Virus genome (UHGV): UHGV-0096231
Direction: 5' to 3' (one strand)
DNA length: 40,810 nt
Origin: a virus
The stretch's first letter is position 1. Every line of letters starts with the position of its first letter. Shown here piece by piece: positions 19,996-30,031 of the stretch. The position numbers and the translations under genes were made by a program. Under the pieces are notes generated by a model, which saw only the letters and a list, made by a program, of their open reading frames with translations, ran no database searches and was not told where the DNA came from.

Positions 19996-20024
19996 CGTTC
20001 CTGTTTTTGTCAGGAGGAGCTATC

Positions 20025-20579
20025 ATGCTTATTGGCTATGTTCGCGTATCAACAAATGACCAGAACACCGATCTACAACGTAATGCGTTGAACTGTGCAG
20101 GATGCGAGCTGATTTTTGAAGACAAGATAAGCGGTACAAAGTCCGACAGACCAGGACTGAAAAAGCTGCTCAGGACATTATCGGCAGGTGACACGCTGGT
20201 GGTCTGGAAACTGGACCGACTGGGGCGCAGTATGCGGCATCTTGTCGTGCTGCTGGAGGAGTTGCGTGAACGAGGCATCAACTTTCGTAGTCTGACGGAT
20301 TCAATTGATACCAGTACCCCAATGGGGCGCTTTTTCTTTCATGTGATGGGTGCCCTGGCTGAAATGGAGCGTGAACTGATTGTTGAACGAACAAAAGCTG
20401 GACTGGAAGCAGCTCGCACACAGGGACGAATTGGTGGACGTCGCCCCAAACTTACACCAGAACAATGGGAGCAGGCCGGACGATTAATTGCATCAGGCGT
20501 TCCTTGCCAGAAGGTGGCGATCATCTATGATGTTGGTATATCGACACTGTATAAGAAGTTTCCGGTCGGAGATAAATGA
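20025..20579 (+). CDS. pin: DNA invertase (serine recombinase, Pin/Gin/Hin family)
   Basis: N-terminus MLIGYVRVSTNDQNTDLQ carries the catalytic serine motif of resolvase/invertase. 184 aa from the ATG at 20025 with AGGAGG RBS. C-terminal helix-turn-helix present. Same position as pinE in e14. Confidence 0.9.
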   Translation: MLIGYVRVSTNDQNTDLQRNALNCAGCELIFEDKISGTKSDRPGLKKLLRTLSAGDTLVVWKLDRLGRSMRHLVVLLEELRERGINFRSLTDSIDTSTPMGRFFFHVMGALAEMERELIVERTKAGLEAARTQGRIGGRRPKLTPEQWEQAGRLIASGVPCQKVAIIYDVGISTLYKKFPVGDK

Positions 20580-20620
20580 AACCGTAGCACGTCGTATGCA
20601 AGAAGATCGTGCTGCGGTTT
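20578..20620. repeat. hairpin repeat, copy A
   Basis: accgtagcacg-(16 nt loop)-cgtgctgcggt imperfect inverted repeat directly after the pin stop. Shares the core gaaaccg.ag.cacgt.gtatgc with copies B and C. Confidence 0.6.
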
Positions 20621-20639
20621 ATGCTTATCACTTAAAGAC

Positions 20640-21509
<870 letters not shown>

Positions 21510-21583
21510 CTAAGCCTTTGAATTTACATAGTACAAAAAAGATACTTTTCCTCATAATGTGAGCTAATTTTATGTTTCGTTTG

Positions 21584-21627
21584 ATGATTGGACCGGTCTC
21601 GAAAACCGTAGGCACGTAGTATGCGTT
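21584..21627. repeat. hairpin repeat, copy B (partial)
   Basis: atgattgg ... gaaaaccgtaggcacgtagtatgc. Shares the atgattgg leader with copy C and the core with copies A and C. Lies in the divergent intergenic region between the GIY-YIG gene and the methyltransferase gene. Confidence 0.5.
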
Positions 21628-21774
21628 AATTTATGAACAAACTACTTGTCTGCTGTTTTTCTGTCATTAGTCGTATATAGAATGATTCTCTATGCCTAAC
21701 AAAGCATCACCAGTGCTAGATTACGTTGCAGTCACTGTTTAAATATCCAGATAAAACATTTCCTTCTGGGTTGA

Positions 21775-23250
21775 ATGAGTGATAAAGTTTCACCCATTAG
21801 ACCCCTTGGAGGAATTATGTCTGAATTTGAAGTGTTGGCACAGCATCTGCTGAAGGAAGCCGAGGCGGAAGAAAAGCTGCGACAGGAAAATGATAAAAAG
21901 CTTATCGAGAAAGTGCTGGAAATCTATGATCAGAAGTATGTGGCTGAATTACTGAGAAAAGTCGGAAGAAATGAGTGGAGCCGTGAAACCATTAACCGCT
22001 GGATTAATGGCAAGTGTTTACCAAAATCGTTGACTTCAGTAGAAGAGTCTCTTCTGCGTAAGATGCTACCAGAACCACCTGCAAACCATCCGGAATATGC
22101 TTTCCGCTTCATTGACTTATTTGCTGGAATTGGAGGGATACGGAAAGGTTTTGAGGCCATTGGAGGCCAGTGTGTTTTTACCAGTGAATGGAATAAAGAT
22201 GCTGTGCGTACATACAAGGCCAACTGGTTTAACGATGAACAGGTGCATAAATTCAATCTCGATATTCGGGAAGTCACGCTGAGTGATAAAACCGATATAT
22301 TGGAAACGGATGCTTATGCATATATTGATGAGCATGTGCCGGATCATGATGTGCTTCTTGCGGGGTTCCCGTGCCAGCCATTTAGCCTTGCTGGTGTTAG
22401 TAAGAAAAACTCACTTGGTCGTGCGCATGGTTTTGAATGTGAAGCACAAGGAACACTTTTTTTTGACGTGGCACGTATTATACGAGCAAAAAAACCGGCA
22501 ATTTTTGTGCTGGAAAATGTCAAAAATCTGAAGAGCCATGATAAGGGTAAAACTTTCAAAGTCATTATGGAGACCCTTGACGAGCTGGGCTACGAAGTTG
22601 CCGATGCTGCAGAAATGGGAAAAAACGATCCAAAGATTATCGATGGGAAGCATTTTTTGCCTCAGCATCGTGAACGCATTGTTCTGGTCGGATTTAGACG
22701 AGATCTGAATATTCACAAGGGGTTTACCTTGCGTGATATCAGTCGTTTTTATCCGGAACACCGCCCATCATTTGGTGAATTGCTGGAGCCTGTAGTCGAC
22801 AGTAAATATATACTTACGCCAAAACTATGGGAGTACCTTTATAACTACGCCAAAAAGCATGCAGCCAAGGGGAATGGTTTTGGCTTTGGGTTGGTCAATC
22901 CTGAGAATAAGGAAAGCATTGCACGCACACTTTCTGCCAGATATCACAAAGACGGATCAGAAATTCTTATTGATCGTGGTTGGGATATGGCAACGGGAGA
23001 GGCTGACTTTATGAATGAGAGTAACCAGGCTCGTCGACCACGCAGGCTGACTCCCCGAGAGTGCGCACGCCTTATGGGGTTTGAAAAACCTGGAGGGAAA
23101 CCATTCCGTATTCCGGTTTCAGATACTCAGTCATATCGGCAGTTCGGTAACTCCGTTGTGGTGCCAGTATTTGAAGCCGTTGCCAGACTTCTGGAACCCT
23201 ATATCCTCAAAGCTGTTTCTGCTGATGCTGGTAAGACTGGGCAGCCTTGA
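21775..23250 (+). CDS. ecoRIIM: DNA cytosine-5 methyltransferase (Dcm / M.EcoRII-like)
   Basis: C5-methyltransferase motifs are present: FAGIGG (motif I), GFPCQPFS (motif IV, catalytic Cys) and ENV. Close overall resemblance to E. coli Dcm and M.EcoRII as recalled from memory. Convergent with an EcoRII-like endonuclease gene. Confidence 0.9.
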   Translation: MSDKVSPIRPLGGIMSEFEVLAQHLLKEAEAEEKLRQENDKKLIEKVLEIYDQKYVAELLRKVGRNEWSRETINRWINGKCLPKSLTSVEESLLRKMLPEPPANHPEYAFRFIDLFAGIGGIRKGFEAIGGQCVFTSEWNKDAVRTYKANWFNDEQVHKFNLDIREVTLSDKTDILETDAYAYIDEHVPDHDVLLAGFPCQPFSLAGVSKKNSLGRAHGFECEAQGTLFFDVARIIRAKKPAIFVLENVKNLKSHDKGKTFKVIMETLDELGYEVADAAEMGKNDPKIIDGKHFLPQHRERIVLVGFRRDLNIHKGFTLRDISRFYPEHRPSFGELLEPVVDSKYILTPKLWEYLYNYAKKHAAKGNGFGFGLVNPENKESIARTLSARYHKDGSEILIDRGWDMATGEADFMNESNQARRPRRLTPRECARLMGFEKPGGKPFRIPVSDTQSYRQFGNSVVVPVFEAVARLLEPYILKAVSADAGKTGQP

Positions 23251-23284
23251 GAACACCTCCCGGCCTTTTAAGCCGGGAGTCAGC

Positions 23285-24499
23285 CTATGATAGTTCAGTG
23301 TAAAGTTCTATCAGCTCAGTAATGAATGCTCCGAGCGTTATTAATTCTTCTCTAACTGCTTCTGGGTATTTTTTATGTAAAGTTGATGGTACAACGAGTC
23401 TGACACCCGCATCTTTCATTTCTCGGTATTGTGCTGAAGAAACACCTTCTTGCAGCGTAAATAAATGTACCTGATGGATTTTATCTGCTTCATTCAGTAT
23501 CTGACGCCAGCGATCTTTGCAGGTGGTCTTTACTGCCAGCATACGTAAGTTTTCTACAGGAAATTCAGCGTTATGATATGCCTCTGCTGAAGGAAACAGG
23601 AAATCTGGTTTTTTATTACCTTCAGTAACTGCCTGAGTGGAGAAATGCCGTAGTCCGTGCTCGATAAAAAGCTTCTCTAGGTGAAGTTCAAGTGATTTAC
23701 CTGCCCTTGATTTACGTCGATTACTGACAGAGTTGGCTAATGCAATAAACTCATCTACAGAATCGAATCCTTTCTTAATAATATCAAGAACATGTAATTC
23801 CTCGACGAGTAGAAAAATATCATACTCGACACGCCGACGGTCAATCAGTTGCTCATCTGGATCCTTGGAGTTTTTAGCATAATGGCCAGCAGCATATTGA
23901 ATAATTTCGTTTCCAGAAGGAAAACGCTTCTTCCAGTCTTCAGGAATAACATATTTATGATTTACTGGAGTTTGCTGAAGAGACAATCCGCCCAAAATTT
24001 GTCCGGCTGGGCCGAAAATTAGGGTTCCAGGTATGATTTCGCCAATAGCAGACTCGATGAGATCCTCTTCATCGGGATTGACGCAGACCCATATATCTAC
24101 CTCGGAACAGTCAGTGTTCTGTTCGTTTAACCTGAAAGCAAGAATTGTGAGGGCTCCTGTATTTTCAGGGTTCTGTAATGGACTTCCTCTCCCCCAGCGC
24201 GTAATTCTTTTTTCGTTTCGGGTCTTACCAAAATAACGGTTGTTGTAATAAATTGCGCGTGCTTGGGTATCAGGGCAATCATGGGATGATACATGCGCAG
24301 TAAGGAAGACTGAAGGGTTCAGTTCGCGAGTATGATTGATAGATGGAAAAAGCTTTTCAACGATATTTGAGGGGATATAAAGTCCGACCTGATGGCCACC
24401 TGTTGCGCCTGTGTCGTTTGCAGAAAGGCGTTTGATGTAGATAAAGTAATTCCCGCTTGCGATATCAAGCAGCCAGTTATGAAAAACCGACATATACAT
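23285..24499 (-). CDS. ecoRIIR: type IIE restriction endonuclease (R.EcoRII-like)
   Basis: 404 aa. N-terminus MSVFHNWLL...YIKRLSANDTGATGGHQVGLYIP and the rest match R.EcoRII closely, from memory of that protein. Partnered with a Dcm-like methyltransferase. The true start may be the second Met. Confidence 0.85.
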   Translation of the reverse strand: MYMSVFHNWLLDIASGNYFIYIKRLSANDTGATGGHQVGLYIPSNIVEKLFPSINHTRELNPSVFLTAHVSSHDCPDTQARAIYYNNRYFGKTRNEKRITRWGRGSPLQNPENTGALTILAFRLNEQNTDCSEVDIWVCVNPDEEDLIESAIGEIIPGTLIFGPAGQILGGLSLQQTPVNHKYVIPEDWKKRFPSGNEIIQYAAGHYAKNSKDPDEQLIDRRRVEYDIFLLVEELHVLDIIKKGFDSVDEFIALANSVSNRRKSRAGKSLELHLEKLFIEHGLRHFSTQAVTEGNKKPDFLFPSAEAYHNAEFPVENLRMLAVKTTCKDRWRQILNEADKIHQVHLFTLQEGVSSAQYREMKDAGVRLVVPSTLHKKYPEAVREELITLGAFITELIELYTELS

Positions 24500-24570
24500 C
24501 CCTTTGTTAACATACAGTCAGGGTTAACATTTTTCCATAGTTATAGATAAGCGGCTAGGAACTTAAGGGA

Positions 24571-24603
24571 AAAACAAAAAGCCCGCATAAGCGGGCTTTT
24601 GTG
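24571..24603. terminator. bidirectional Rho-independent terminator-like hairpin
   Basis: aaaaacaaaaa-gcccgc-ataa-gcgggc-ttttgtg: a GC stem flanked by an A-run and a T-run. Lies upstream of the endonuclease start, between divergent genes. Confidence 0.5.
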
Positions 24604-24722
24604 TCACTCGAGAGCCGCGGCTCCTTTGCGTATCCTTTTTTGTCTCCTCACCGTCTGGTCGGTGTCCTGCTGAGACTGCTAACTTCCTGTTTTCGTTGGT
24701 GTTGTCCTTACACCGTTCAATC

Positions 24723-24788
24723 ATGATTGGTGGAGCTTGCGGGAGTTGAAACCGCAGCCACGTCGTATGCAAGAACGTGCTGCGGTTG
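24723..24788. repeat. hairpin repeat, copy C
   Basis: atgattgg ... accgcagccacg-(13 nt loop)-cgtgctgcggt. Same core as copies A and B. Confidence 0.6.
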
Positions 24789-25257
24789 GCTGGTGAACTT
24801 CCGATAGGGCGAGTATTGAATGATTTACAGCCGTTATTGATTTTACATATTTTTTGTATGAAAGGATTAGCGTCTCCTCCCACCGATCCTCCATGGCTTT
24901 ACGCCAGTGTCTCTAGGACTGCTATGTGCCATAAGCGGAAGTATTTAACAACTATCAGTGTTGTTCAACAGATAAAGGGGCACTTGATTTTTTCTGTTCT
25001 CAGGAAATGATAAAAGCGCGTCGGTTCAAGCCTGCTTAACGGGAGTTTGTTAATCCTGTTGCCGTGACGTTTTGACACCATTATGATGGGGAGACACTTA
25101 ATGTATGAAGGTTCCGCCACTTATACCTGTCCAACAACTGCCTCGGGTGTTTCTTTGTATGAATAAGTGGTAATGAGTAGTGAATCGCTAACAGTCACCC
25201 GAACAATCGGTGCCTGCAATTAATTCTATATTCTAAACGAGGGGGAGATTATTACAC

Positions 25258-26238
25258 ATGAAATTTAAGGACAAGAACCTTAAGGCTCTCGCGGAATGTA
25301 TCATAGGAGATAATAAGGCATTTCTGTATCGTTCAAGCAGTCACATCACTGAATTTTTCCAGGACTGCGGCATGGATGTTACTCATGACGGATCCACTCG
25401 GTGGAAATGGACGGCCCAGAGGCTTGAAGAACTTCTTTATGAGCCACAGTCAAAGCCACATACTTTGCCGGAAAGGTTTGTTCATGTGCTCAGAACTTTA
25501 ATGTTAAAAGAAGATGCAATGGATGACGATCCAGGAAGATTAAAGGCGCTTGAAGAACTGAACAAGCCTTTGATGCGGGAAGGCTATGAGGCATTCTATG
25601 GTGACGATCGCCTTTTGTATATACGCCATACCGATACCAAAACGGTTTCAGTCAGTAATAACCCTCATCGGCCCTTAACGCCTCACGAAGTAGAATGCAG
25701 AAGGTTACTGACCGCGTTTCTTGATACCTGCTCAGAAGATGAGTTAATAGAAGATATTCTCCTTCCTTTATTCCGGCAACTTGGTTTTCACCGGATAACA
25801 GCAGTGGGACATAAAGATAAAGCGCTGGAATACGGGAAAGACATCTGGATGAAGTTCACACTGCCAACTCAGCATGTTCTTTATTTCGGCATTCAGGCAA
25901 AAAAAGGTAAGTTGGATGCGTCCGGTGCCAGCAAATCTACGAATTCAAACGTGGCAGAAATCTTCAACCAGGTACTGATGATGCTTGGCCATGAAATATT
26001 TGACCCAGAAACAAATAGAAAGGTGCTGGTAGATCATGCCTTTATCGTTGCTGGCGGAGAAATTACTAAACAGGCGAGGAACTGGCTGGGCGGGAAACTT
26101 GATGCCAGCAAAAGAAGCCAGATAATATTTATGGACCGGGAAGACATTCTTAATTTATATACTGTAAGTAATGTACCTCTGCCAACAGGTGCTCTCATCT
26201 CTGATGATGCCGTTAAGAACGATGATATTCCTTTCTAA
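25258..26238 (+). CDS. hypothetical protein with PD-(D/E)xK-like nuclease motif (candidate defence gene)
   Basis: 326 aa, AT-rich, GGAG RBS. The segment ELIEDILLPLFRQLGFHRITAVGHKDKALEYGKDIWMKF...HVLYFGIQAKKGK fits an E...D...(Q)xK restriction-endonuclease-fold pattern. Function not established. Confidence 0.5.
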   Translation: MKFKDKNLKALAECIIGDNKAFLYRSSSHITEFFQDCGMDVTHDGSTRWKWTAQRLEELLYEPQSKPHTLPERFVHVLRTLMLKEDAMDDDPGRLKALEELNKPLMREGYEAFYGDDRLLYIRHTDTKTVSVSNNPHRPLTPHEVECRRLLTAFLDTCSEDELIEDILLPLFRQLGFHRITAVGHKDKALEYGKDIWMKFTLPTQHVLYFGIQAKKGKLDASGASKSTNSNVAEIFNQVLMMLGHEIFDPETNRKVLVDHAFIVAGGEITKQARNWLGGKLDASKRSQIIFMDREDILNLYTVSNVPLPTGALISDDAVKNDDIPF

Positions 26239-26733
26239 TCAGAAGTACGTCTTTTTCTGAAAGAATACGTGATAGGTAGCCACACCACACCTTTAGTGAC
26301 CCCTTAATCTGGTAATATAACAGCCCGTATGAATGTCCGCGGCATCGCGGGCTGAAATTTATTAAAAATACTTATTCATCAAGCTGGAGTAGTTTGCCGA
26401 GTAACTGTAAACGCCCAACTTAACCGGACCATTCACTTTTAGATTGCTACCAGCAAACCAACTTCCGTTTCTCGCTCATAACAGACATTAACTACAGTTA
26501 TGGTAGAAGGTATGCATACTGGGTGGGGAAAGTATGAAGGAAAAGAAGACTGCTGCGCAGTTTGTCGTCACATTTATCTTCATTGGCTATGCAAGTCATA
26601 ATACAAGGTGGGACAAAACTGAGACACATAAGGCCTCACAATGACTTGCAAGGCTTTACATGTTTTGATGTGGTGGGACGTGTGAGCGCAGTATTGATGG
26701 GGTAATACTTTGAATTAGAAGCGGATTCTTATA

Positions 26734-26779
26734 ATTCGTAATGCGAAGGTCGTAGGTTCGACTCCTATTATCGGCACCA
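26734..26779 (+). other. att core: 46 bp identical to the 3' end of tRNA-Thr(CGU) (thrW), not an intact tRNA
   Basis: ATTCGTAATGCGAAGGTCGTAGGTTCGACTCCTATTATCGGCACCA matches thrW from the anticodon loop (CGT) through the T-arm and acceptor 3' end. The 5' half of the tRNA is absent, so this is a duplicated attachment-site core. Confidence 0.8.
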
Positions 26780-26796
26780 TTCAAACATCTCCCCAA

Positions 26797-26880
26797 GTCT
26801 ACTAAAGTCTTTCAAAACCCCTTATAATCCGCGTATTAAAGCCCCGTTCGTCTTTTGACGTCTACTAAAGTCCCTCAAAA
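26797..26880 (+). promoter_or_regulatory. putative integrase arm-type binding sites (direct repeats)
   Basis: gtctactaaagtc occurs twice (26797-26817 and 26860-26880), plus inverted gggggtac/gtaccccc motifs nearby at about 26890-26935. All lie between the att core and the integrase start. Confidence 0.45.
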
Positions 26881-26944
26881 TCTACGGTCAGATGGGGGTA
26901 CTTATGGGGGTATTTGCTGTTCGGTTTAGTGGAGGTACCCCCAA

Positions 26945-28159
26945 GTGAAACTCAATGCCCGTCAAATAGACACAGCCAAGCCAAAAGAGAAGGCTTACAA
27001 GCTGGCCGATGGTGGCGGTTTGTATCTCTTGGTAAAACCTAATGGAGGTAAATACTGGCGACTTAAATATCGTGTAGCTGGTAAAGAGAAGCTATTGGCA
27101 CTAGGTGTGTATCCTGAGGTTACTCTAGCCGATGCTCGGGCAAAACGTGAAGATGCGAAAAGAGGTATCGCTGGTGGTATCGATCCGATGGAAGCGAAAC
27201 GAGAGGAAAAGATTGCCCGGGAAACGCAGTTAAACAACACCTTCAAAGATATTGCCCTTGAGTGGCACAGCAGCAAATTAAAAAAATGGTCTGCTGGTTA
27301 TGCTTCAGACATCCTCGAAGCCTTCAACAAAGATGTGTTCCCTTACATTGGCAAAAAACCAATCGCCGAAATCAAACCACTTGAACTTCTGAATGTGCTG
27401 CGGCGCATCGAGGGGCGCGGTGCTACAGAAAAAGCCAAAAAAGTGAGGCAGCGGTGCGGGGAAGTTTTCCGCTATGCAATAGTCACTGGTCGCGCAGAGT
27501 ATAACCCTGCACCAGACCTTACTAGCGCGATGCAAGGCCATGAATCTAATCATTACCCTTTCCTTACAGCTAAAGAATTACCTGATTTTTTCAAGGCATT
27601 GTCCAGTTACTCAGGAAGCGCATTGGTTGTTATGGCGGCTCGTCTACTGATTATCACCGGCTTGCGGACTGGCGAACTACGTGGCGCATTATGGGATGAA
27701 ATTGATTTCAACAAGGCTATCTGGGAGATACCCGCTTCACGTATGAAAATGCGGCGGCCTCATATTGTGCCATTGTCTGATCAGGCTCTTTCGCTTATTG
27801 GGAAGATTAGAGAAATAACAGGCAATTACCCTCTTATGTTTCCCGGGCGCAATGATCCAAGGAAAACAATGAGTGAGGCCAGCATAAACCAAGTGTTTAA
27901 GCGCATTGGCTACGCTGGACGTGTAACTGGTCATGGGTTCCGGCACACTATGAGCACGATTTTGCATGAGCAGGGCTATAACACCGCGTGGATAGAAACG
28001 CAGCTCGCTCACGTTGATAAGAACTCAATTCGTGGCACATACAACCATGCGCAATATCTGGATGGAAGGCGGGAGATGCTTCAATGGTATGCCGACTATA
28101 TGGATTCTCTCGAGCATGGCGGAAATGTGGTGCATATGGTGTTTGAAAAACACGCATGA
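26945..28159 (+). CDS. tyrosine integrase (P4 family)
   Basis: 404 aa. N-terminus KLNARQIDTAKPKEKAYKLADGGGLYLLVKPNGGKYWRLKYR is the typical P4-type integrase arm-binding domain. C-terminal catalytic region with HGFRHT...Y. GTG start. Immediately downstream of the tRNA-derived att core. Confidence 0.9.
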   Translation: MKLNARQIDTAKPKEKAYKLADGGGLYLLVKPNGGKYWRLKYRVAGKEKLLALGVYPEVTLADARAKREDAKRGIAGGIDPMEAKREEKIARETQLNNTFKDIALEWHSSKLKKWSAGYASDILEAFNKDVFPYIGKKPIAEIKPLELLNVLRRIEGRGATEKAKKVRQRCGEVFRYAIVTGRAEYNPAPDLTSAMQGHESNHYPFLTAKELPDFFKALSSYSGSALVVMAARLLIITGLRTGELRGALWDEIDFNKAIWEIPASRMKMRRPHIVPLSDQALSLIGKIREITGNYPLMFPGRNDPRKTMSEASINQVFKRIGYAGRVTGHGFRHTMSTILHEQGYNTAWIETQLAHVDKNSIRGTYNHAQYLDGRREMLQWYADYMDSLEHGGNVVHMVFEKHA

Positions 28160-28429
28160 AACAACTGGACAAGTATACAGAGGTTTACTAAAGTATAGGG
28201 GAGTAGATTGATAAAAACTCACAGAGGATTGCTATTTAACAGTTAGCCCTGGAGAAGGGCAATCGCTCTTTTATAAACGAAGGTGTATTGAGCCTTCTAC
28301 GTCGCTGACAAAGCGGAATGTTCTTTAAAACTACTGGATGTCACGCCTAATAGCGTGATCCTGCCGAAATGCAGGGTAGCTCTACCCTTGTGGAGCAAAC
28401 AAACCAAAACAATCTGACTATCTTTTATA

Positions 28430-28464
28430 AAAGACCGCAATATGTTTTTCATATTGTGGTCTTT
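28430..28464. promoter_or_regulatory. 15-bp-stem hairpin / palindrome upstream of alpA
   Basis: aaagaccgcaatatg-ttttt-catattgtggtcttt, one mismatch in the stem. Candidate operator or terminator. Confidence 0.35.
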
Positions 28465-28550
28465 GGCGTATTCGACATTTGACGCAAATAAAACTCTCGC
28501 CATTCGTTGCAGGAGGGGGTTATTGCGTCATTAGTACAGGATATTAATAA

Positions 28551-28754
28551 ATGGCTAATTACAATTCATTAATTCGTCTCTCTGAAGTTCAAAGGCGAAC
28601 TGGTTATAGCAAAGCATGGATTTATCGTCTTATTAGTCAGGGGAGGTTCCCTAAACAGGTAAAAATTGGAAGTCGGGCAATTGCTTTTGTTGAGTCTGAA
28701 ATAGATGAATGGATTGAGAAGTGTATATTAGAATCTAGAGACGAGGTGGCCTGA
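28551..28754 (+). CDS. AlpA-family transcriptional regulator / excisionase
   Basis: 67 aa. LIRLSEVQRRTGYSKAWIYRLISQGRFPKQVKIGSRAIAFVESEIDEWI is the canonical AlpA helix-turn-helix pattern. Confidence 0.8.
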   Translation: MANYNSLIRLSEVQRRTGYSKAWIYRLISQGRFPKQVKIGSRAIAFVESEIDEWIEKCILESRDEVA

Positions 28755-29185
28755 TGGAAAAGAAAAACCGCCCATTACAGGCGGCTAATTCAGATATTCG
28801 TGTATCTGATGTTACGCCCCTTACAAAATCCCTTCAAGCACCAAAGCGCACACCGAAAAAGCATCGTGCCAGAGTCTATATGCTGCGTACTGGTATAGAG
28901 GGATGGACAGAAAATGACATTCTTCGCTACTGCCGTCTGTCTTCTGGTCGTAACTATGCAACAGAGTTAGAACGCCAGCTTGGAATCACTCTGGAGCGTA
29001 TCGACGAAAAGAATCCTGATGGTATCGGAACACACCTTCGCTACCGTTTCTCCTGCCGTGGTGATGTTCTGAAAGTGATCACTCATATTAACCATCTTGC
29101 GAACATAAATGATCACAACGGACTTTCTCAGCAGGAAATTGCCGACATTCTGAAACTCTACCCGGACGCGTTTAACGCCGCCTAA
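28754..29185 (+). CDS. hypothetical protein
   Basis: 143 aa, ATGA-coupled to alpA. Confidence 0.5.
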   Translation: MEKKNRPLQAANSDIRVSDVTPLTKSLQAPKRTPKKHRARVYMLRTGIEGWTENDILRYCRLSSGRNYATELERQLGITLERIDEKNPDGIGTHLRYRFSCRGDVLKVITHINHLANINDHNGLSQQEIADILKLYPDAFNAA

Positions 29186-29197
29186 CGGAGACTGAAA

Positions 29198-30031
29198 ATG
29201 AACATCGAAAAAAGCAGATTAATTTCTGAGGCTGCCCCTCATCTGAACGCCTCTCTGGGCACAATTAACGGTAATGAATTTGCCGCAATTGTCCCGGTTA
29301 TTCCTGGTCATATCGGTGGGCGTGAAACCAATATTGTTAGCGCAAAAGCGTTACACAAAGCGTTGGGCGTGGGAAAAGACTTCTCTACATGGATCACTGA
29401 TCGCATCTCTGAATATGACTTCACCATTGGGCACGATTACTCAGTCCATAAAACAATTTCCCCAAATTTGGGGAAAAGCCCGAATGGCGCGGCTTACAGC
29501 AAGATTAAGCAGTCTGGCAGACCCGGCAAAGACTATCTGTTAAGTGTCGGAATGGCGAAAGAACTGGCAATGATCGAACGCAATGATCAGGGTCGCGCTA
29601 TCCGTCGTTATTTCATCCAGTGCGAGGAAGAATTACAGCGTAGCGTGCCTGAAATCGCCGCCCGCTATCGTCGCCAGCTAAAAGCCCGTATTAGTGCCGC
29701 AAACAACTTTAAGCCAATGTGCGATGCGCTGAATATGGCCCGTGCCGAGCAGGGGAAAACGACGCAGCAACACCACTACACAAACGAGAGCAATATGATT
29801 TCTCGTATCGTTCTTGGTGGGCTAACTGCTAAGCAGTGGGCGCGGATAAATGGCTATTCTGGCGAACCTCGCGACCATATGAACGCAGAACAGCTTGAGC
29901 ACCTCTCATATCTCGAAAGCACCAATATCACGTTAATTGATATGGGCATGGAATATGAGCAGCGCAAAGGAGAACTCACCCGCCTGTCGCAACGCTGGCT
30001 CGCCAAGCGTCTGGAGGCGGTCCATGTTTAA
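29198..30031 (+). CDS. phage antirepressor-like protein (AntA / KilAC-type)
   Basis: 277 aa. The segment KDFSTWITDRI ... DYLLSVGMAKELAMIERNDQGRAIRRYFIQCEEEL resembles Ant-type antirepressor domains. Assignment from memory of the motif. Confidence 0.5.
   Translation: MNIEKSRLISEAAPHLNASLGTINGNEFAAIVPVIPGHIGGRETNIVSAKALHKALGVGKDFSTWITDRISEYDFTIGHDYSVHKTISPNLGKSPNGAAYSKIKQSGRPGKDYLLSVGMAKELAMIERNDQGRAIRRYFIQCEEELQRSVPEIAARYRRQLKARISAANNFKPMCDALNMARAEQGKTTQQHHYTNESNMISRIVLGGLTAKQWARINGYSGEPRDHMNAEQLEHLSYLESTNITLIDMGMEYEQRKGELTRLSQRWLAKRLEAVHV

Larger units (their letters stand above)
18412..20020. other. Pin-invertible tail-fibre segment (boundaries approximate)
   Basis: Two fibre C-terminal segments with their tfa genes lie in opposite orientation next to a serine invertase. 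A hix/gix-like site (ctcgaaaaccttggttt) sits at about 18412-18437 inside the stf gene. The second crossover site must lie within about 19930-20020 and was not pinned down. Confidence 0.5.

Noticed and set aside
23250-23285. A vsr (very short patch repair) gene accompanying the Dcm-like methyltransferase
   Set aside because: No ORF of the expected size follows the methyltransferase. The downstream gene is the convergent endonuclease.
26734-26779. An intact tRNA-Thr gene
   Set aside because: Only the 3' 46 nt match. The 5' acceptor and D-arm sequence is absent, so this is an att-site duplicate, not a functional tRNA.
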